Below are positions 39,500 to 51,217 of a stretch of 64,000 nucleotides of DNA, one piece after another. The stretch covers positions 61,369,566-61,433,565 of the forward strand of contig NC_068983.1 in assembly GCF_001194135.2 (NCBI RefSeq), written 5' to 3'. Each line of letters begins with the position of its first letter. The stretch's first letter is position 1. This stretch comes from Octopus bimaculoides. Its lineage: Eukaryota. The position numbers were made by a program, and so were the translations under genes. The notes under the pieces were generated by a model. The model did not search any database. It saw only the letters and a list, made by a program, of their open reading frames with translations, and was not told where the DNA came from.

Positions 39500-40132
39500 T
39501 ANNNNNNNNNNNNNNNNNNNNNNNNNNNNNNNNNNNNNNNNNNNNNNNNNNNNNNNNNNNNNNNNNNNNNNNNNNNNNNNNNNNNNNNNNNNNNNNNNNN
39601 NNNNNNNNNNNNNNNNNNNNNNNNNNNNNNNNNNNNNNNNNNNNNNNNNNNNNNNNNNNNNNNNNNNNNNNNNNNNNNNNNNNNNNNNNNNNNNNNNNNN
39701 NNNNNNNNNNNNNNNNNNNNNNNNNNNNNNNNNNNNNNNNNNNNNNNNNNNNNNNNNNNNNNNNNNNNNNNNNNNNNNAGGCGGCGCTGCTGACTATCTG
39801 CTCGAAGGTTATTTATCTAATTTCAGTGGAATCTATCCACTGGTTTTCAGAAATAGAGTTATTAATATTTCTAAGTCTCTCTAAAGGAGACTACGGCAGC
39901 AGTACTGGAAATTAATAGTTATCGCCAAGCCAACATGGCAGTCCCAAAATTAGGACGAAAGCTGCCGTGAATTAGCTCCAAGAAGCCATCGCCTCAAGCT
40001 AGCTATGTGACACACGAAACCTGTGTCCTTTATAACCTTCGAACAGGGGAGGTCAGCAGTGTCCCCCTGCTGGTTTGGCATCTGCAGACTAGTTTCAGGG
40101 TGTTGCCCCTTGTCAATGCAGAGCAGCCAAGT

Positions 40133-40175
<43 letters not shown>

Positions 40176-40777
40176 ATAAATAGCATAAATATACATATGT
40201 ATAAAATATCAATTAAGACAACATAAATTGGGAATTTATATTCTGTTCATTCACCTAATTGTTAATTAATTTTCATTGAGTGATAATGAATTATAAAGTA
40301 GCAAGACTAGAATGTTAAATTCATGATAAGATATGAAATATGTATGTGTATTAGAGGAGAGAGAGAAAGAGAGAGGCATGGAACATCTTAATCTATTGAA
40401 GTTTGCAAACCAAAAAATTGTATACCTTGTTAGAATCCAAATCTACAAGCCAAACATCATCAGGCATCGTGAAGCCTGCCTTGTACAAGAAGAAACTTGA
40501 TGGTACTCCAATAATATAAGGAGTTGGTACCAACAACAGCTGTAACAGAAAAAAGTTGAGTTTCCAGTAATGTAACAACAAAAACCTTTCAGAGTATTAT
40601 ATTCTAAACCAAGTAAATTGCAAACTAAAATAAAATAAGAATTAGTCACATCAAGGTATATACTTTAATATTCCATTACAATATTTTATTTCTCCAGCTT
40701 CATTTTATTTAGTTAAATTGTAAGGTAAAGCTACATAATACTAATCTTACAATCAAAGAAATATTTAACCTATGATA

Positions 40778-40808
<31 letters not shown>

Positions 40809-43800
40809 GTCAATAGAATGAGGCATAATCTATTTTGACAGAGTATTGTATGATTCCTCAAACATTTCATAGTCACATGAATTTTGAGCCAATTATTTAA
40901 CTATATTCATTTATAATTCTGTATTCTCTAATTGTATATTCTGAAGAATATTTAATGATTCTTCAGAATATAGAATTACAATACTTTAATTAACCTGTTA
41001 ATGAACATTTTAGTTATTAACCTTTTCAACTAGCAGAGAGATCATATTCAAGAACATTTTCTTTTCCTAAGTTAGTCAGTGGAGAGGAATCAATTTAGCC
41101 ATAACTTTTGAGAAATTGGAGCAGTTGTGGTTCAGATTGAATACTTGTAGGCCAATATTTGCAGAAAAAAACATAGGGTTGCACTCCTTGGAAAGGAGTA
41201 TTTTATCAAATGTTTAATTTAGAGTCTGAGAGATGAGAAACAATGAGGGTGACAGGAAGAAGGGAACTAGTTGGATAAGTTATACAGATAGCTGGTTCAG
41301 GAGAGCAGAGGCCCTTGTAGTTGTGATACTAGATGCCCACAGGTGAAACAGTGTCTGTGAATCTGATTTCACTGTTGATGACTGAAACATTACCAAACAG
41401 ACAACCAGTTGTCTTCTGAATGCAGTCGAAGATGTTTGTGTATAGCTTTAATATTGTTTCATATATGTCAGCTTTGCCACAATGTGAGTTTTACTTCAGC
41501 TTTATACAAAGCTCACTAAGTGAATGGATTAAAAGTATATCCAAGTCCTAAAAAAAGAATCCTATTCTTTTTTATATGGTTTTGCCAGTATTGAATATAT
41601 GGACCTGTAATGAGAACGAAACATGTGGGATATATTACCGGAAACTGACAGAGGGTGGATTTGGACAGAATAATATTGACACACACTATAATGGTCTTAT
41701 CAGAGAGAAAGTTGCCAAATGAATAAAGACATGTACCAATCACAAATGGACAACTCTGACTCAGAAAGGGATGACTGTTTATCACTGCTTCCATTATCTT
41801 TGAGATATTGGAAATAAGACGGTTGCAGAAAGAGAACTTGTCCTTCTTGTGAATGGGATACTATAGCATGTTATAATTGAGCCAAAGACTGGGGAATGTT
41901 TGTGAGTGACTTCATGCCACTCAGTTCAGAGGCTTTTATTTTGATGCAATCTAAGATATCTAAGTATGTATGTAGCAGCAACATTGGCCAAGGTATGGGA
42001 GCAATACTCCCATGTGAGCTTTTTAGACTAGTATTTGTCGAGGGCTGAAATATTTGGGGTTCTGAAGAAGGCCAGGCTTTGAGATAGAAATTTTGCAATG
42101 TTGAAGATATGTGATTGCCAGTTGAGATAATCAATGATAGTGAGGCCTGACTTTGAAAGAAATTGTGAATTGTGGTGTACTGTTCCTATTCAGAAGGGTT
42201 GAAGGTGGAGTGTGACAAATTATTCTTGATATGTTCTGTATTTGGGTTTTTTGCTGTTGAAAGGATATTTTTGAGGCTTCTGGTCATAGAGTCTATACAA
42301 ATTTGGTATGAGGTATCAATGTTGTATGTGGATGATGTTTAGATCTGGAATGTTAAGAAGAAATGAAGGGTGGTATCATATGCATAGTAGTGGGCATTGT
42401 TTGAGATTATGGGAAGTAGGTCATTGATGTATAAGAGGAAGAATGTTGGAGAAAAACTCTGAGGTATGCCAGAAAGAACTCCATCAGTACATGTTGCAAT
42501 AAACAGAAAGTCACTAATGCAAGAAATGAGGGTCAACAGAGTATATAGGCTAAGAGTTTTACAAAGAGAATCAAGTTTCAGACATAGTTGAAAGCTTTGC
42601 AGCTGGAAAAAGCAACAACACAATTTCACATTATTTCTGAAGGGCACTAATAGCATCAGTATGAGATGTTGGGAGAGTCATAAGAACTCTGAGCACTGAA
42701 GACGAGTGAAGTGAGGTTGAGGTTTTCAGTAAGAAAGTTATTGGTGGTTGGAGTTTGAAGAGTGGTAAAGGAAGCAGATGTATTTGAAGGAATGGAAGGA
42801 AGGAGATAAACTTTTACCAAGGTAACAGGAAGTCTTTGCTACTGATAATCAGATAAACAATGAATGGCAGGAAGACACCATGCTTCAGAGTGAAGGTTAC
42901 GTAAAGTGAATGTGTGAAGTGGAAAGCAGAGATGGACTATAGATAAGGCTCAAGAGATTTATGTCTTGGAGGAGAATAGAGTGTGCAGTTTGTGTATTAG
43001 TAAGAGATAATGAGTCAGTCCAAGGAATAGAGGCCATTATAGTAGTGATAGAAAAGACAGAAAGTGTATTTCTCTTCACTCACTTCCTTCTATGTATATC
43101 TTCCTCTTTATGTCTGAATTCTCTCACTTTATATGATATTTATTTTTCTTTTTATATATATAATATGTTGCCATTTCAAAATTTAATTACTGTTCAGTAT
43201 ATCTTTGTAGAGTTTAAAATTCAAAATATATTTTAAATTCAAATTAAGAACTTGAAAATGGATGTTACCTGTTCTGCACTACTCATACATGTTGGAAGTA
43301 ATGGAATTACAGGAAACATATATTCCAGTGGATATAACATAGACACAAAGGCCATGACACTCATCGAAAGGGCATTATAATCTCGGGATTGTAAAACAAT
43401 CTAAAAAACAAATGTTTCAAAACATTTTAGGCAAAAGTATACAGAGAGTATCATTCCATTAAGAATATTTCCTAATGTTAGCAGAAAGTAAAATACATGT
43501 AAAACTGATATTTTGTGACTAAATATTGATTTAAAATTAAACAATTTCAATTTAATAAAAATAATAACATAAATGATATTTAAAAATGATGTATAGAATG
43601 TGAAAGCTATCTTTGATTACAGACAATGGTAAAATATTACTGATACTAAGAGTGTTTTTATGGACATTTCCAACAAAAAGATTTTGATAACAATACATCT
43701 ATCTTCATTGTGATATGTTTAAACAAGATAGTCTGGTTAGACAACATATACAAAAGTAAAAAAAAATACTATTTATAATGAAAGTTTTAGTATATAATCA

Positions 43801-46800
43801 GATAATTTCTCTTCAAGAATTTAAAACTGTTTTCTTTATTAAGTTAATAAGAAAATTTTATGAAGCAAATCTTTAAGTTACAAATCTGAATGAGAAGTTC
43901 TGATTTCATAAATTTACTAAACTAAGTGCACTCACTGAATCATATTTCATGCTGTCAATAGTACTGTCAGTGATAAAGTTTTAAATATCATGATTATGTA
44001 GGCAGTATGGTATAGGGGACATAAAAGACAACAATTAGAATGTGTACAATTTAACTAAATATATTTATATATCAGAAAAACACGAGGTAAAAAGTAAAAC
44101 AAAAATAATTTTAGAATCAGAAAAACAGTTATGTAAATAAAGAGTTTTAACAAATATTTATCAAATATTTGAACAAATATATTAATATTGTAAACTATTA
44201 AAATCTAAGAAATTACATTACATTAGGATATCATAAATGCTTACCTTATGTTCTAGCAATATAAGTGTCAACACTCTGAGGCAGGTTTCCACACCTAGTA
44301 GTTCTAAGGGCAGATGGAGAGGAAAATCTACTAATGTAAACCGAGTATGATCAGGTAAGGCAAAGAGAAGAGAAGAGGAAACCATATCTTTCGGTAATAC
44401 TTGTACCTGAAATCAAAAGATAGGTAAAACAGAACTATTCGCACCTGAGTATTAATATAGTAAATAAACACTATATGTTTATAATAATTGCCATAAACAA
44501 TAATTTTCATAAAATTATCAATGTTAATTTGTGTGAATCCAAGTTTTTACTTGAATGACAACTGCAAGTGCAATTTAAATACTTTGAAGAGAAGTGTAAG
44601 TTTTATCAATTTCAATTAAAAACTTTCAACATACATTGGTTTCAAATTTTGACACAAGGCTAGCAATTTTGAGGGGTGGGTAAGTTGATTACATTGACTC
44701 CAGTGCTCAACTGGTACCTATTTTATTAACTCTGAAAGGATGAGAGGCAAAGTTGACCTAAGCAGAATTTGAACTCTGAACATAAAAAACAAACAAAATA
44801 CTGCTAAGCATTTTGCCTAGCATGCTAACAATTCTGCCAGCTCATTTTCTGCACATATTAAAAAAATTAACACAAAAACTTTAAATTTGATGATTTATAT
44901 ACAAGATCCAATATATTCTTTGTGAATCAGTTGGAAACAATTTGTGATAGATAGCCATGCTACATGGCAGTGAAACATGGGCCGCGACTGCTGAGGACAT
45001 GCGTAAGCTCACAAGAAATGAAGCCAGTATGCTCCGATGGATGAGTAATGTCAGTGTGCATACCCGACAGAGCGTAAGTATCTTGAGAGAAAAGTTGAAC
45101 ATAAGAAGGATCAGTTGCGGTGTGCAAGAGAGACGATTGCGCTAGTATGGACATGTGGTGACAATGGATGAGGATAGCTGCATGAAAAAGTGCTACACCC
45201 TAGCGGTTGAGGGAACCCGTGGAAGAGGCAGGCCTAGGAAGACCTGGGATGAGGTGGTGAAGCACGACCTCTGAACATTAGGTCTCACTGAGGCAATGAC
45301 TTGTGACCGTGACTTTTGGAAATATGCTGTGCGTGAGAAGACCCAGCAGGCCAAGTGAGACTAAAATCCAAGGCCTCTGCCAGAGATGTAGCCAGCCCAC
45401 TTACACGTAACATTCCTTTATTGGACACTAAACTCCGCTTGTGAAGACATGGTGAGGCAAGTGAAATTGAAATCGAACTAAATTTGTAGGAACACTAAAC
45501 TCGGCTTGCGAAGACCTGTTGGGGCAAGTGAAAGCGAGATCATGATGGCACCTGTACCAGTGGAGCACTAAGAGCACCATCAGAGCGTGATCGTTGCCAG
45601 AGCAGCTGTCTGGCTTCTGTGCTGGTGGCATGTAAATAGCACCAGCATGATCGTTACCAACATCGCCTTTCTGGCACTTGTGACAGTGGCACGTGAAAAG
45701 TCATTCAAGCGAGATCGTTGCCAGTGCCGATGGACTGGCTCCTGTGCAGGTGGCACGTAAAATACACCATTTCGAGCGTGGCCGTTGCCAGTACCCGCCT
45801 GACTGGCCCTCGGGCCGGTGGCACGTAAAAGCACCCACTAAACTCTCGGAGTGGTTGGCGTTAGGAGGGGCATTCAGCTGTAGAAACTTTGCCAAATCAG
45901 ATTGGAGCCTGGTGTTGCCTCCTGGTCCACCAGTCCTCAGTCAAATCGTCCAGCCCATGCTAGCATTGAAAGCGGATGTTAAACGACAATGATGATGACG
46001 ATGATGATGAAAACATGAAAATAGCACACATTAAAATACAAACTATTGATATAGTTATAACTATTTACATTTTTTAATATTTTCATTAAAATACTGTATA
46101 TTCAATATATAAATTTTCAAAGTAAATGATAGAGACTTAAAAATAAAGCATAAACTATAATTCTAATTCTTGCAATTTATAGAATAAAGTTGAACAATAT
46201 AAAAAAGAAAACATTTTTGAAATATTTATAACTATATGATGTGAGAAAATTGAGTCTGTTTGAAAATATACAATATATGAAATGTAGTTTATGTGTGAGT
46301 GGCAAAGGTGATAAATACTAACTATTACTAGGATCCAGATCAGCCAAGAAAAAGTTTATCGAATTTTGCTGATGTAAGACTTTTATAGGTTGTCCAGCAG
46401 CATTGCATTAAATTTTGCTAAACAGTAAGTGAAAGATGTAATTCACCAGAATATGAACCCGCAGTGACTGGAGAAGAATAAGTTCAGTGTGGAAAACAAA
46501 TTTTAAAGGATGATAACATAATTGCATCACAAGGATTATGATGTAACAATAGAATTTGATGGTCTTTCCACTACATTTTTGGTGTCCTTAATATTTATGT
46601 CACAAGCAAAATCTGTTTGCAATCAAACACACACACACACACACACACATACATATATTCATTCATATTCAGAAATATACACATAAGCACACACAAACTA
46701 AAGGCTGAAATATTGACATTAAACAGAGCATACTCTTTAGAGCTGTTGAATTTGTCCCACTTTATGATTCAACATAAGCTCTAAATTATTTGAGTTCTGT

Positions 46801-48401
46801 TTATTTCTGCATTGAAAAGTCCACTCTGCTGCCTTCTTCATCTAATCCTGTTCAACTAATGTTTCTATGTTCATAAAATGTGATGACCAAATTTATTTTC
46901 TTCTTCATCATCCATCATCATCGCTTGACGTCCGTTTTCCATGCTGGGTAAATCTAATCAATAATTTGTACAAATGTTTGAATCTGCTTAATCTTGAAAT
47001 TTATCTAGAGAGAACATAAATAATGAGATGAGTTGACAAAATTCTAGTTTTCTGGAATATTCATATCATCCTTCGATCATCCTATGGTTGGTCGGTACTC
47101 CATTGACAATCCCTTTCCACACTACACGGTCCTGCATTGCTGTGTTCTGATCTCTAACATCCAACTCTGAAACCCTAGATATAGTATCTGGAAATGTCAG
47201 TTTCTTGGAGAAAACACTTCCAGAGGGATACAATAAGAGCAGGGATGAGATAATCTCTTTCTCTACTCGATGACAGTGGCCAGTAAATTGTAGCTGTTTC
47301 TGTTTTAGTTCAAGGGATACTGGTATCAGATTTCCATAGATGTTACTAAGTGTCGAGTATGATCTCCAACTGATGTTCTGTATCTTTCTGAACAGGTTGG
47401 TATATGGTCAGGTCGCTCTTTAGTGCTACTGGCAACATGTAGCCCAGTACAAACTGTCACAAGGTCGGGTTGTCGGTAACTAAACTGGAAGTCCATCAAG
47501 CTTGCTTGATGAGGAGGGTGATGTTGGACACCCTGCGGGATGAAAAATAAGACCCATCAAAGGGCAGAAGAACTACTGTGTAGTCAATGGCCAATTCAAC
47601 AAGGTTTGATTGTGATGCGTGTGTAAAAGTTTGTTTGTGTGTGTGAATGTCTGTGTGCATGTATTTTTGAGAGTGTTGTGTTTAATATATTGTATAACAT
47701 TTTCAATTTTTATGTACTTCTACATCCCTGAATTTATTTTATTTTCTTGTCTCTATTTTATCATCATTTTTCAATCTGTGACTGGGGTTTGTAGGGGTAC
47801 ACCCCACATGGCATAACGTCCATGCTCTGAGCTGAAGTAAATGCAGCCTACTTTAAATTCTATTAATACTTTGGGTGTTTAAAATAAGGAACCACCTTGA
47901 TGGTAGTGGCAAATTTTCTCTTCGATTGAACACTGATTCTTTAGACTAGACCAACTCTCAACTAGATTGATGATTGATTATATTAGTTGATGTTTTATTC
48001 ACTGAAAAATCTTTTGCTTCTTGAGAACCAGAAGCTGTCATAGTATTCTGAGAATACTTGATAGCTTAGAATATGTGATCAAAGTCTCAAGAGACAAAGA
48101 CAAATAATTAAAAAATATGATCATTTCTTTTTAAATGAACTTCAGTAAGAATAAAAAACAAAAATTTATTGCCAACAGAGAAAAAAACCAAAAAAATGAT
48201 AAAAGGATTAATTCACATTTAAAGTTTTGTTTATAAGTGACAATTAAATGATTATTTACCTCTACCCTGGTTTTTGCTGGCACCGGTACAGGTGCACTAA
48301 GCAGACGTAATATCCAGATTTCTATTTCTCGAATTTCATGAAGAACCAAACCAGGAATACTGTCAGTAAATTGTCCGGTCAAAACACTCCATACTGTATC
48401 C
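16699..48401 (-). CDS. MADD: MAP kinase-activating death domain protein (DENN/MADD Rab3/Rab27 GEF), partial multi-exon gene; 18 exons identified, 5' and 3' coding ends not found in window
   Basis: 18 exons with canonical AG/GT ends whose phases chain into one open frame (2636 nt). Peptides match MADD motifs: [64 protein letters not shown], ENQxFLKE, GLGGMAS. Confidence 0.96.
17848..18045 (-). CDS. MADD: MADD exon, 198 nt, phase 0->0
   Basis: ttttag|TGT GTA...CCT GAG|gtaagt; [51 protein letters not shown]... Confidence 0.96.
18983..19169 (-). CDS. MADD: MADD exon, 187 nt, phase 2->0
   Basis: atctag|T GAA AAC...GAT GTT|gtaagt; [45 protein letters not shown]...IEDV. Confidence 0.96.
19950..20061 (-). 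CDS. MADD: MADD exon, 112 nt, phase 1->2
   Basis: ttatag|GT AAC...AAT AG|gttggt; (G)[36 protein letters not shown] vs human GNRRALVDQKSSVIKHS...RSSNS. Confidence 0.9.
20581..20646 (-). CDS. MADD: MADD exon, 66 nt, phase 1->1
   Basis: tgtcag|GG AAT...TTA G|gtaagt; (G)[21 protein letters not shown], positionally like human KATPFPSLK. Confidence 0.85.
   Translation of the reverse strand, partial: GIIDLLCQTSTVNRKINHLHL
23247..23373 (-). CDS. MADD: MADD exon, 127 nt, phase 0->1
   Basis: tttcag|CAA CTG...GCT G|gtaact; [42 protein letters not shown]. Confidence 0.85.
24321..24600 (-). CDS. MADD: MADD exon, Ser/Pro-rich linker, 280 nt, phase 2->0
   Basis: ttttag|T TCT TCA...TTA AAG|gtaaac; 93 open codons [29 protein letters not shown]...RPLKLK. 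Confidence 0.82.
27167..27228 (-). CDS. MADD: MADD exon, 62 nt, phase 0->2
   Basis: ttttag|GTG CCT GAC...AAT AG|gtaatt; [20 protein letters not shown](S); needed to connect phases of flanking exons. Confidence 0.75.
28086..28291 (-). CDS. MADD: MADD exon, Ser-rich linker, 206 nt, phase 1->0
   Basis: strong pyrimidine tract ...ctctag|TT TTT GTG...GAA GTT|gtaagt; open frame [16 protein letters not shown]...SSASSSPT...QKEV; phase fits both neighbours. Confidence 0.88.
28486..29208. other. Assembly gap (723 N)
   Basis: N run between a TA run and repeat copy 1. Confidence 0.99.
29209..29541. mobile_element. Copy 1 of 361-bp structured repeat monomer (333 bp visible)
   Basis: Near-identical to 39779-40131 but circularly permuted; flanked by N gap and TA run. 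Confidence 0.8.
29714..29824 (-). CDS. MADD: MADD exon, 111 nt, phase 1->1
   Basis: tttcag|AC GAG...CCA A|gtgagt; [37 protein letters not shown] vs human [37 protein letters not shown]. Confidence 0.95.
29855..30590 (+). mobile_element. Penelope-like element remnant (RT end + GIY-YIG, pLTR with decayed hammerhead)
   Basis: [28 protein letters not shown]...[13 protein letters not shown]..(T)[11 protein letters not shown], with stops; ctgatga...gaaa motif at 30475-30506. Confidence 0.88.
31920..32170 (-). mobile_element. tRNA-derived SINE, decayed
   Basis: cagtacttattttt...ttttgccgaacc...gactgaacccagaaccatgttgttgggaagcaaacttacc. Confidence 0.75.
32331..32547 (-). CDS. MADD: MADD exon (dDENN), 217 nt, phase 0->1
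   Basis: taacag|GCA GTT...ACT G|gttagt; [55 protein letters not shown]... Confidence 0.96.
33060..33720 (+). mobile_element. Decayed RTE LINE 3' end
   Basis: Degenerate match to the RTE C-terminus and tail (gtgtgcaagagagaag...tggtatgggcat; catgctagcatggaaa). Confidence 0.65.
34045..34203 (-). CDS. MADD: MADD exon (dDENN), 159 nt, phase 0->0
   Basis: ttttag|GTC CGC...ACT CAA|gtaagt; [53 protein letters not shown]. Confidence 0.97.
35391..35472. repeat. 82-bp loopless palindrome (41-bp arms, 2 mismatches)
   Basis: Centre catcaaa|tttgatg at 35431/35432; arms differ only at two TG/CG positions. Confidence 0.95.
36538..36708 (-). CDS. MADD: MADD exon, 171 nt, phase 0->0
   Basis: tttcag|GCC CTT...GCA ATG|gtaagt; [16 protein letters not shown]...[21 protein letters not shown]. 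Confidence 0.97.
37590..38280 (-). mobile_element. Decayed RTE LINE (RT region)
   Basis: Minus-strand [11 protein letters not shown] (YADD motif) and degenerate RTE C-terminal sequence. Confidence 0.65.
39033..39113 (-). CDS. MADD: MADD exon, 81 nt, phase 0->0
   Basis: actcag|ATC CAA...AAA CAG|gtagct; [27 protein letters not shown] vs human [27 protein letters not shown]. Confidence 0.95.
39502..39778. other. Assembly gap (277 N)
   Basis: N run between a TA run and repeat copy 2. Confidence 0.99.
39779..40131. mobile_element. Copy 2 of 361-bp structured repeat monomer (353 bp visible)
   Basis: Segment order B-C-A versus A-linker-B in copy 1; one substitution seen (cctctagct vs cctcaagct). 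Confidence 0.8.
40426..40539 (-). CDS. MADD: MADD exon (DENN), 114 nt, phase 0->0
   Basis: ttacag|CTG TTG...AAC AAG|gtatac; [38 protein letters not shown]. Confidence 0.97.
41300..42900 (-). mobile_element. Decayed CR1/Jockey-like LINE (RT)
   Basis: [20 protein letters not shown]...[10 protein letters not shown] resembles [20 protein letters not shown]...YADDTT; many stops and frameshifts. Confidence 0.7.
43269..43400 (-). CDS. MADD: MADD exon (DENN), 132 nt, phase 0->0
   Basis: ttttag|ATT GTT...GAA CAG|gtaaca; [44 protein letters not shown]. Confidence 0.97.
44245..44406 (-). CDS. MADD: MADD exon (DENN), 162 nt, phase 0->0
   Basis: tttcag|GTA CAA...CAT AAG|gtaagc; [54 protein letters not shown]. 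Confidence 0.97.
44638..44846 (-). mobile_element. SINE (ggtttcaaattttg...gaatttgaactc family), CpG-decayed
   Basis: Same family as 54078-54290, 56364-56542 and 57966-58165. Confidence 0.8.
44954..46010 (+). mobile_element. 5'-truncated RTE LINE with complete 3' UTR, pseudogenised
   Basis: [19 protein letters not shown]...RRLR*YGHV...[20 protein letters not shown]; TAG where the 8.8-kb copy has TGG; tail gatgatgacgatgatgatg. Confidence 0.92.
47060..47600. mobile_element. LINE-derived composite (RTE-like 3' end on minus strand plus adjacent repeat)
   Basis: Minus frame [21 protein letters not shown]...[10 protein letters not shown]...[12 protein letters not shown] resembles an RTE ORF end; downstream part unclassified. 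Confidence 0.5.
48260..48401 (-). CDS. MADD: MADD exon (uDENN/cDENN), 142 nt, phase 2->0
   Basis: ttccag|G GAT ACA...GTA GAG|gtaaat; (R)[47 protein letters not shown] vs human RDTMWRIFTG...LREIEAWIYRLLRSPVPV. Confidence 0.95.
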
Positions 48402-48559
48402 CTGGAATATAGAATTTAACACTGATTTATGTTTCAACTGAAATAACTTTGTAACATTATATTTATTGATGAATAAAAATCACTTTTCCCCATACTTTTT
48501 GGGGTGTACAATGTGAAAAATAAATGATTCCTGGCATGCCTGAGTGGTAAGAAGTTTGT

Positions 48560-48845
48560 TAGGTGCAGGTATGACTGTGTGGTAAGAAGCTTGCTTCATA
48601 ACTACATGGTTCCAGGTTCAGTCCTACTGTGTGACACCTTGGACAAGTGTCATCTACTATAGCCTCGGGCCAACCAAAGCCTTGTGAGTGGATTTGGTAG
48701 TTGGAAACTGAAAGAAGTTCATCTTATATGTATGTATGTATATCAATGTGCGAGTGCATTGATAACCAAAGTTAGTTCATCTATGTCCCCCACAACTTAA
48801 CAGTTCAGCATAAGTGACTAATAGAATAAGTAGTTGACTTCAAAA
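48560..48845 (+). mobile_element. tRNA-derived SINE
   Basis: gtgtggtaagaagcttgcttc...ggttcagtcc head; aagccttgtgagtggatttggtag body. Confidence 0.8.
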
Positions 48846-49509
48846 AAACTATTCCAGATATCCACAGAAGTAATGTCTCATCTAGCTGTAAAAGATGTAC
48901 AAATCTGTAAACACAGTCATGTTGCTATTGTATTAGTACAAAATGATAATAGAATGAATTAAATGAAAATAAAATTTTCAAGAAAATGCTACTTCATATA
49001 AAATTTAACTAAGAGATTTGTATCCTTCAATATATCATTTTATAAAAAGGATGTAGAAATCAAATTTAAGATTTAAAAAAAACCAAACATTTTCATAAGC
49101 ATTTTTCCTTTCTATTAGATCTTTGTTAGTATCTTCATTATTGACATATCTACTATTTTATAATTCTAGTCCATGGACAGGTCTGAACAATGTCTCTATC
49201 CTTTGTTATTATCATTTTCACTTAACACTTAACCCACTTCATGTTCAATTTATGCTACTTATCACTCTCATGCACATCATCTAATGAAATAGGGAGCCTT
49301 ATTTTTAGGGACTATGTGGAAAAAAAAAAAGGAAAATTTAGGGGTCACAAAAGTTTCTGAAAATACCACATACATATCTAACAGCCAAACATATAAGATC
49401 ACCACATCATTATTATTATTTCATTGTTTATGCTAACTTCAATGCATAAGGACTGGTCACTACAACAGTTTTACCACTATGTGTTGTTTAGCATTAAAAC
49501 TAAGATACA

Positions 49510-49866
49510 AGGAACATGATTGTTACCAGCGTTGCCTTCCTGGCACTTGTACCGGTGGCACATGAAAAGACATTCGAGCGAGGTCGTTGCCAGTGCCGCT
49601 GGACTGGCTCCTGTGCAGGTGGCACGTAAAATACACCATTTTGAGCATGGCTGTTGCCAGTACCACCTGACTGGCCTTCGTGCTGGTGGCACATAAAAGC
49701 ACCCACTACACTCTCGGAGTGGTTGGCGTTAGGAAGGGCATCCAGCTGTAGAAACTTTGCGAAATGAGATTGGAGCCTGGTGTGGCCAACTGGTTCACCA
49801 GTCCTCAGTCAAATAGTCCAACCCATGCTAGCACGGAAAGTGGACATTACACGATGATGATGATGA
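49510..49866 (+). mobile_element. RTE LINE 3' UTR fragment
   Basis: Tandem cgttgccagt...ggcacgtaaaa units and terminal ccaacccatgctagc...gatgatgatgat. Confidence 0.88.
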
Positions 49867-49945
49867 TACATACAAATATATACTTATATATATATATATA
49901 TACATATATATAAATACATACACATATATACATATATATAAATAC

Positions 49946-50045
49946 NNNNNNNNNNNNNNNNNNNNNNNNNNNNNNNNNNNNNNNNNNNNNNNNNNNNNNN
50001 NNNNNNNNNNNNNNNNNNNNNNNNNNNNNNNNNNNNNNNNNNNNN
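49946..50045. other. Assembly gap (100 N, probably of unknown size)
   Basis: Round-number N run. Confidence 0.95.
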
Positions 50046-50049
50046 TATT

Positions 50050-50415
50050 CTTTTATTCTTTTACTTGTTTCAGTCATTTGACTGCAGCCATGCAGTTTCT
50101 AGTAGAAGAAATCGACTCCAGGACTTATTCTTTGTAAGCCTAGTACTTATTCTATCAGTCACTTTTGCCAAACCACTAAGCTATGGTGACATAAACACAT
50201 CAGCATTGGTTGTCAAGTCATAGTGGGGGGACAAACACTGACACACACAACACACATATATACGAGGGGGTTCTTCCAGTTTCCATCTACAAAATCCACT
50301 CAAGGCTTTGGTTGGCCTGAGGCTATAGCAGAAGCCATTAGCCCAAGGTGCTACGCAGTGGGATTGAACCCGGAACCATGTGGTTGGGAAGCAAATTTCT
50401 TACCACACAGCCATG
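50050..50415 (-). mobile_element. tRNA-derived SINE, near full length
   Basis: Reverse complement of the 48560 family; ttgaacccggaaccatgtggttgggaagc head. Confidence 0.85.
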
Positions 50416-51185
50416 TCAGGTATATACATACACACACACATATATATGTGAGTGTGTATGTCAATTTTTATATGTGTATGAATTTTTATATATCTATAAA
50501 TTTTCGTGTATATGTATGTATTTATAAACTCTTAGTAATTGTTTTTATATATGATGTAGATGACTGCATCTATGTATGTACTTTGTATACCATGGAGAAT
50601 TTCGTTAATATGGATTGAATGAATATATACATCGGCCTTTGAATTTGTTTTCTCCTCTCCTTAATTTTATATNNNNNNNNNNGCAAAAGTAAGTATACAG
50701 TTATGAAAAAGAAAACATATAATACTCATTTATTTTTATCAAAAAAAAAATTAAAAGTTACGATGAAAATATTATTATAGTTATGATAAATGTATTATTA
50801 TGATTAATGACACAGAAAATATCAAAAATGAGGCTAACTTTTAATGTTTTTGATAAAAATAAATGAGTATAGTACATGTTTTCTTTTTTATATAATTCTA
50901 TACCTACTTTTGCACCCCACTGTGTTTTATTATATATTATCTATCTATCTATCTATATCTATCTATCTATCTATATATATATATATGGACATACGTGCAC
51001 ACAAATCATATAAATCTTCTCTTGGAAAAAGACACACCCCTTTATTACACAAAATTCCCACACTAATCTGACTTCTATTTTGGTGAATTATTTGTGAACT
51101 GAGGAAATGTAGAATAATGTGTTTTGCTTACAAAGATAAAATGTTCGTGATTTTGAGCCCAAAGTAATTCAACACACACACACAT

Positions 51186-51217
<32 letters not shown>

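Noticed and set aside
40930-40977. 15-20-bp AT-rich hairpin containing ctgaaga in both arms
   Set aside because: No stem II or GAAA, so no hammerhead; short AT-rich hairpins are expected here.
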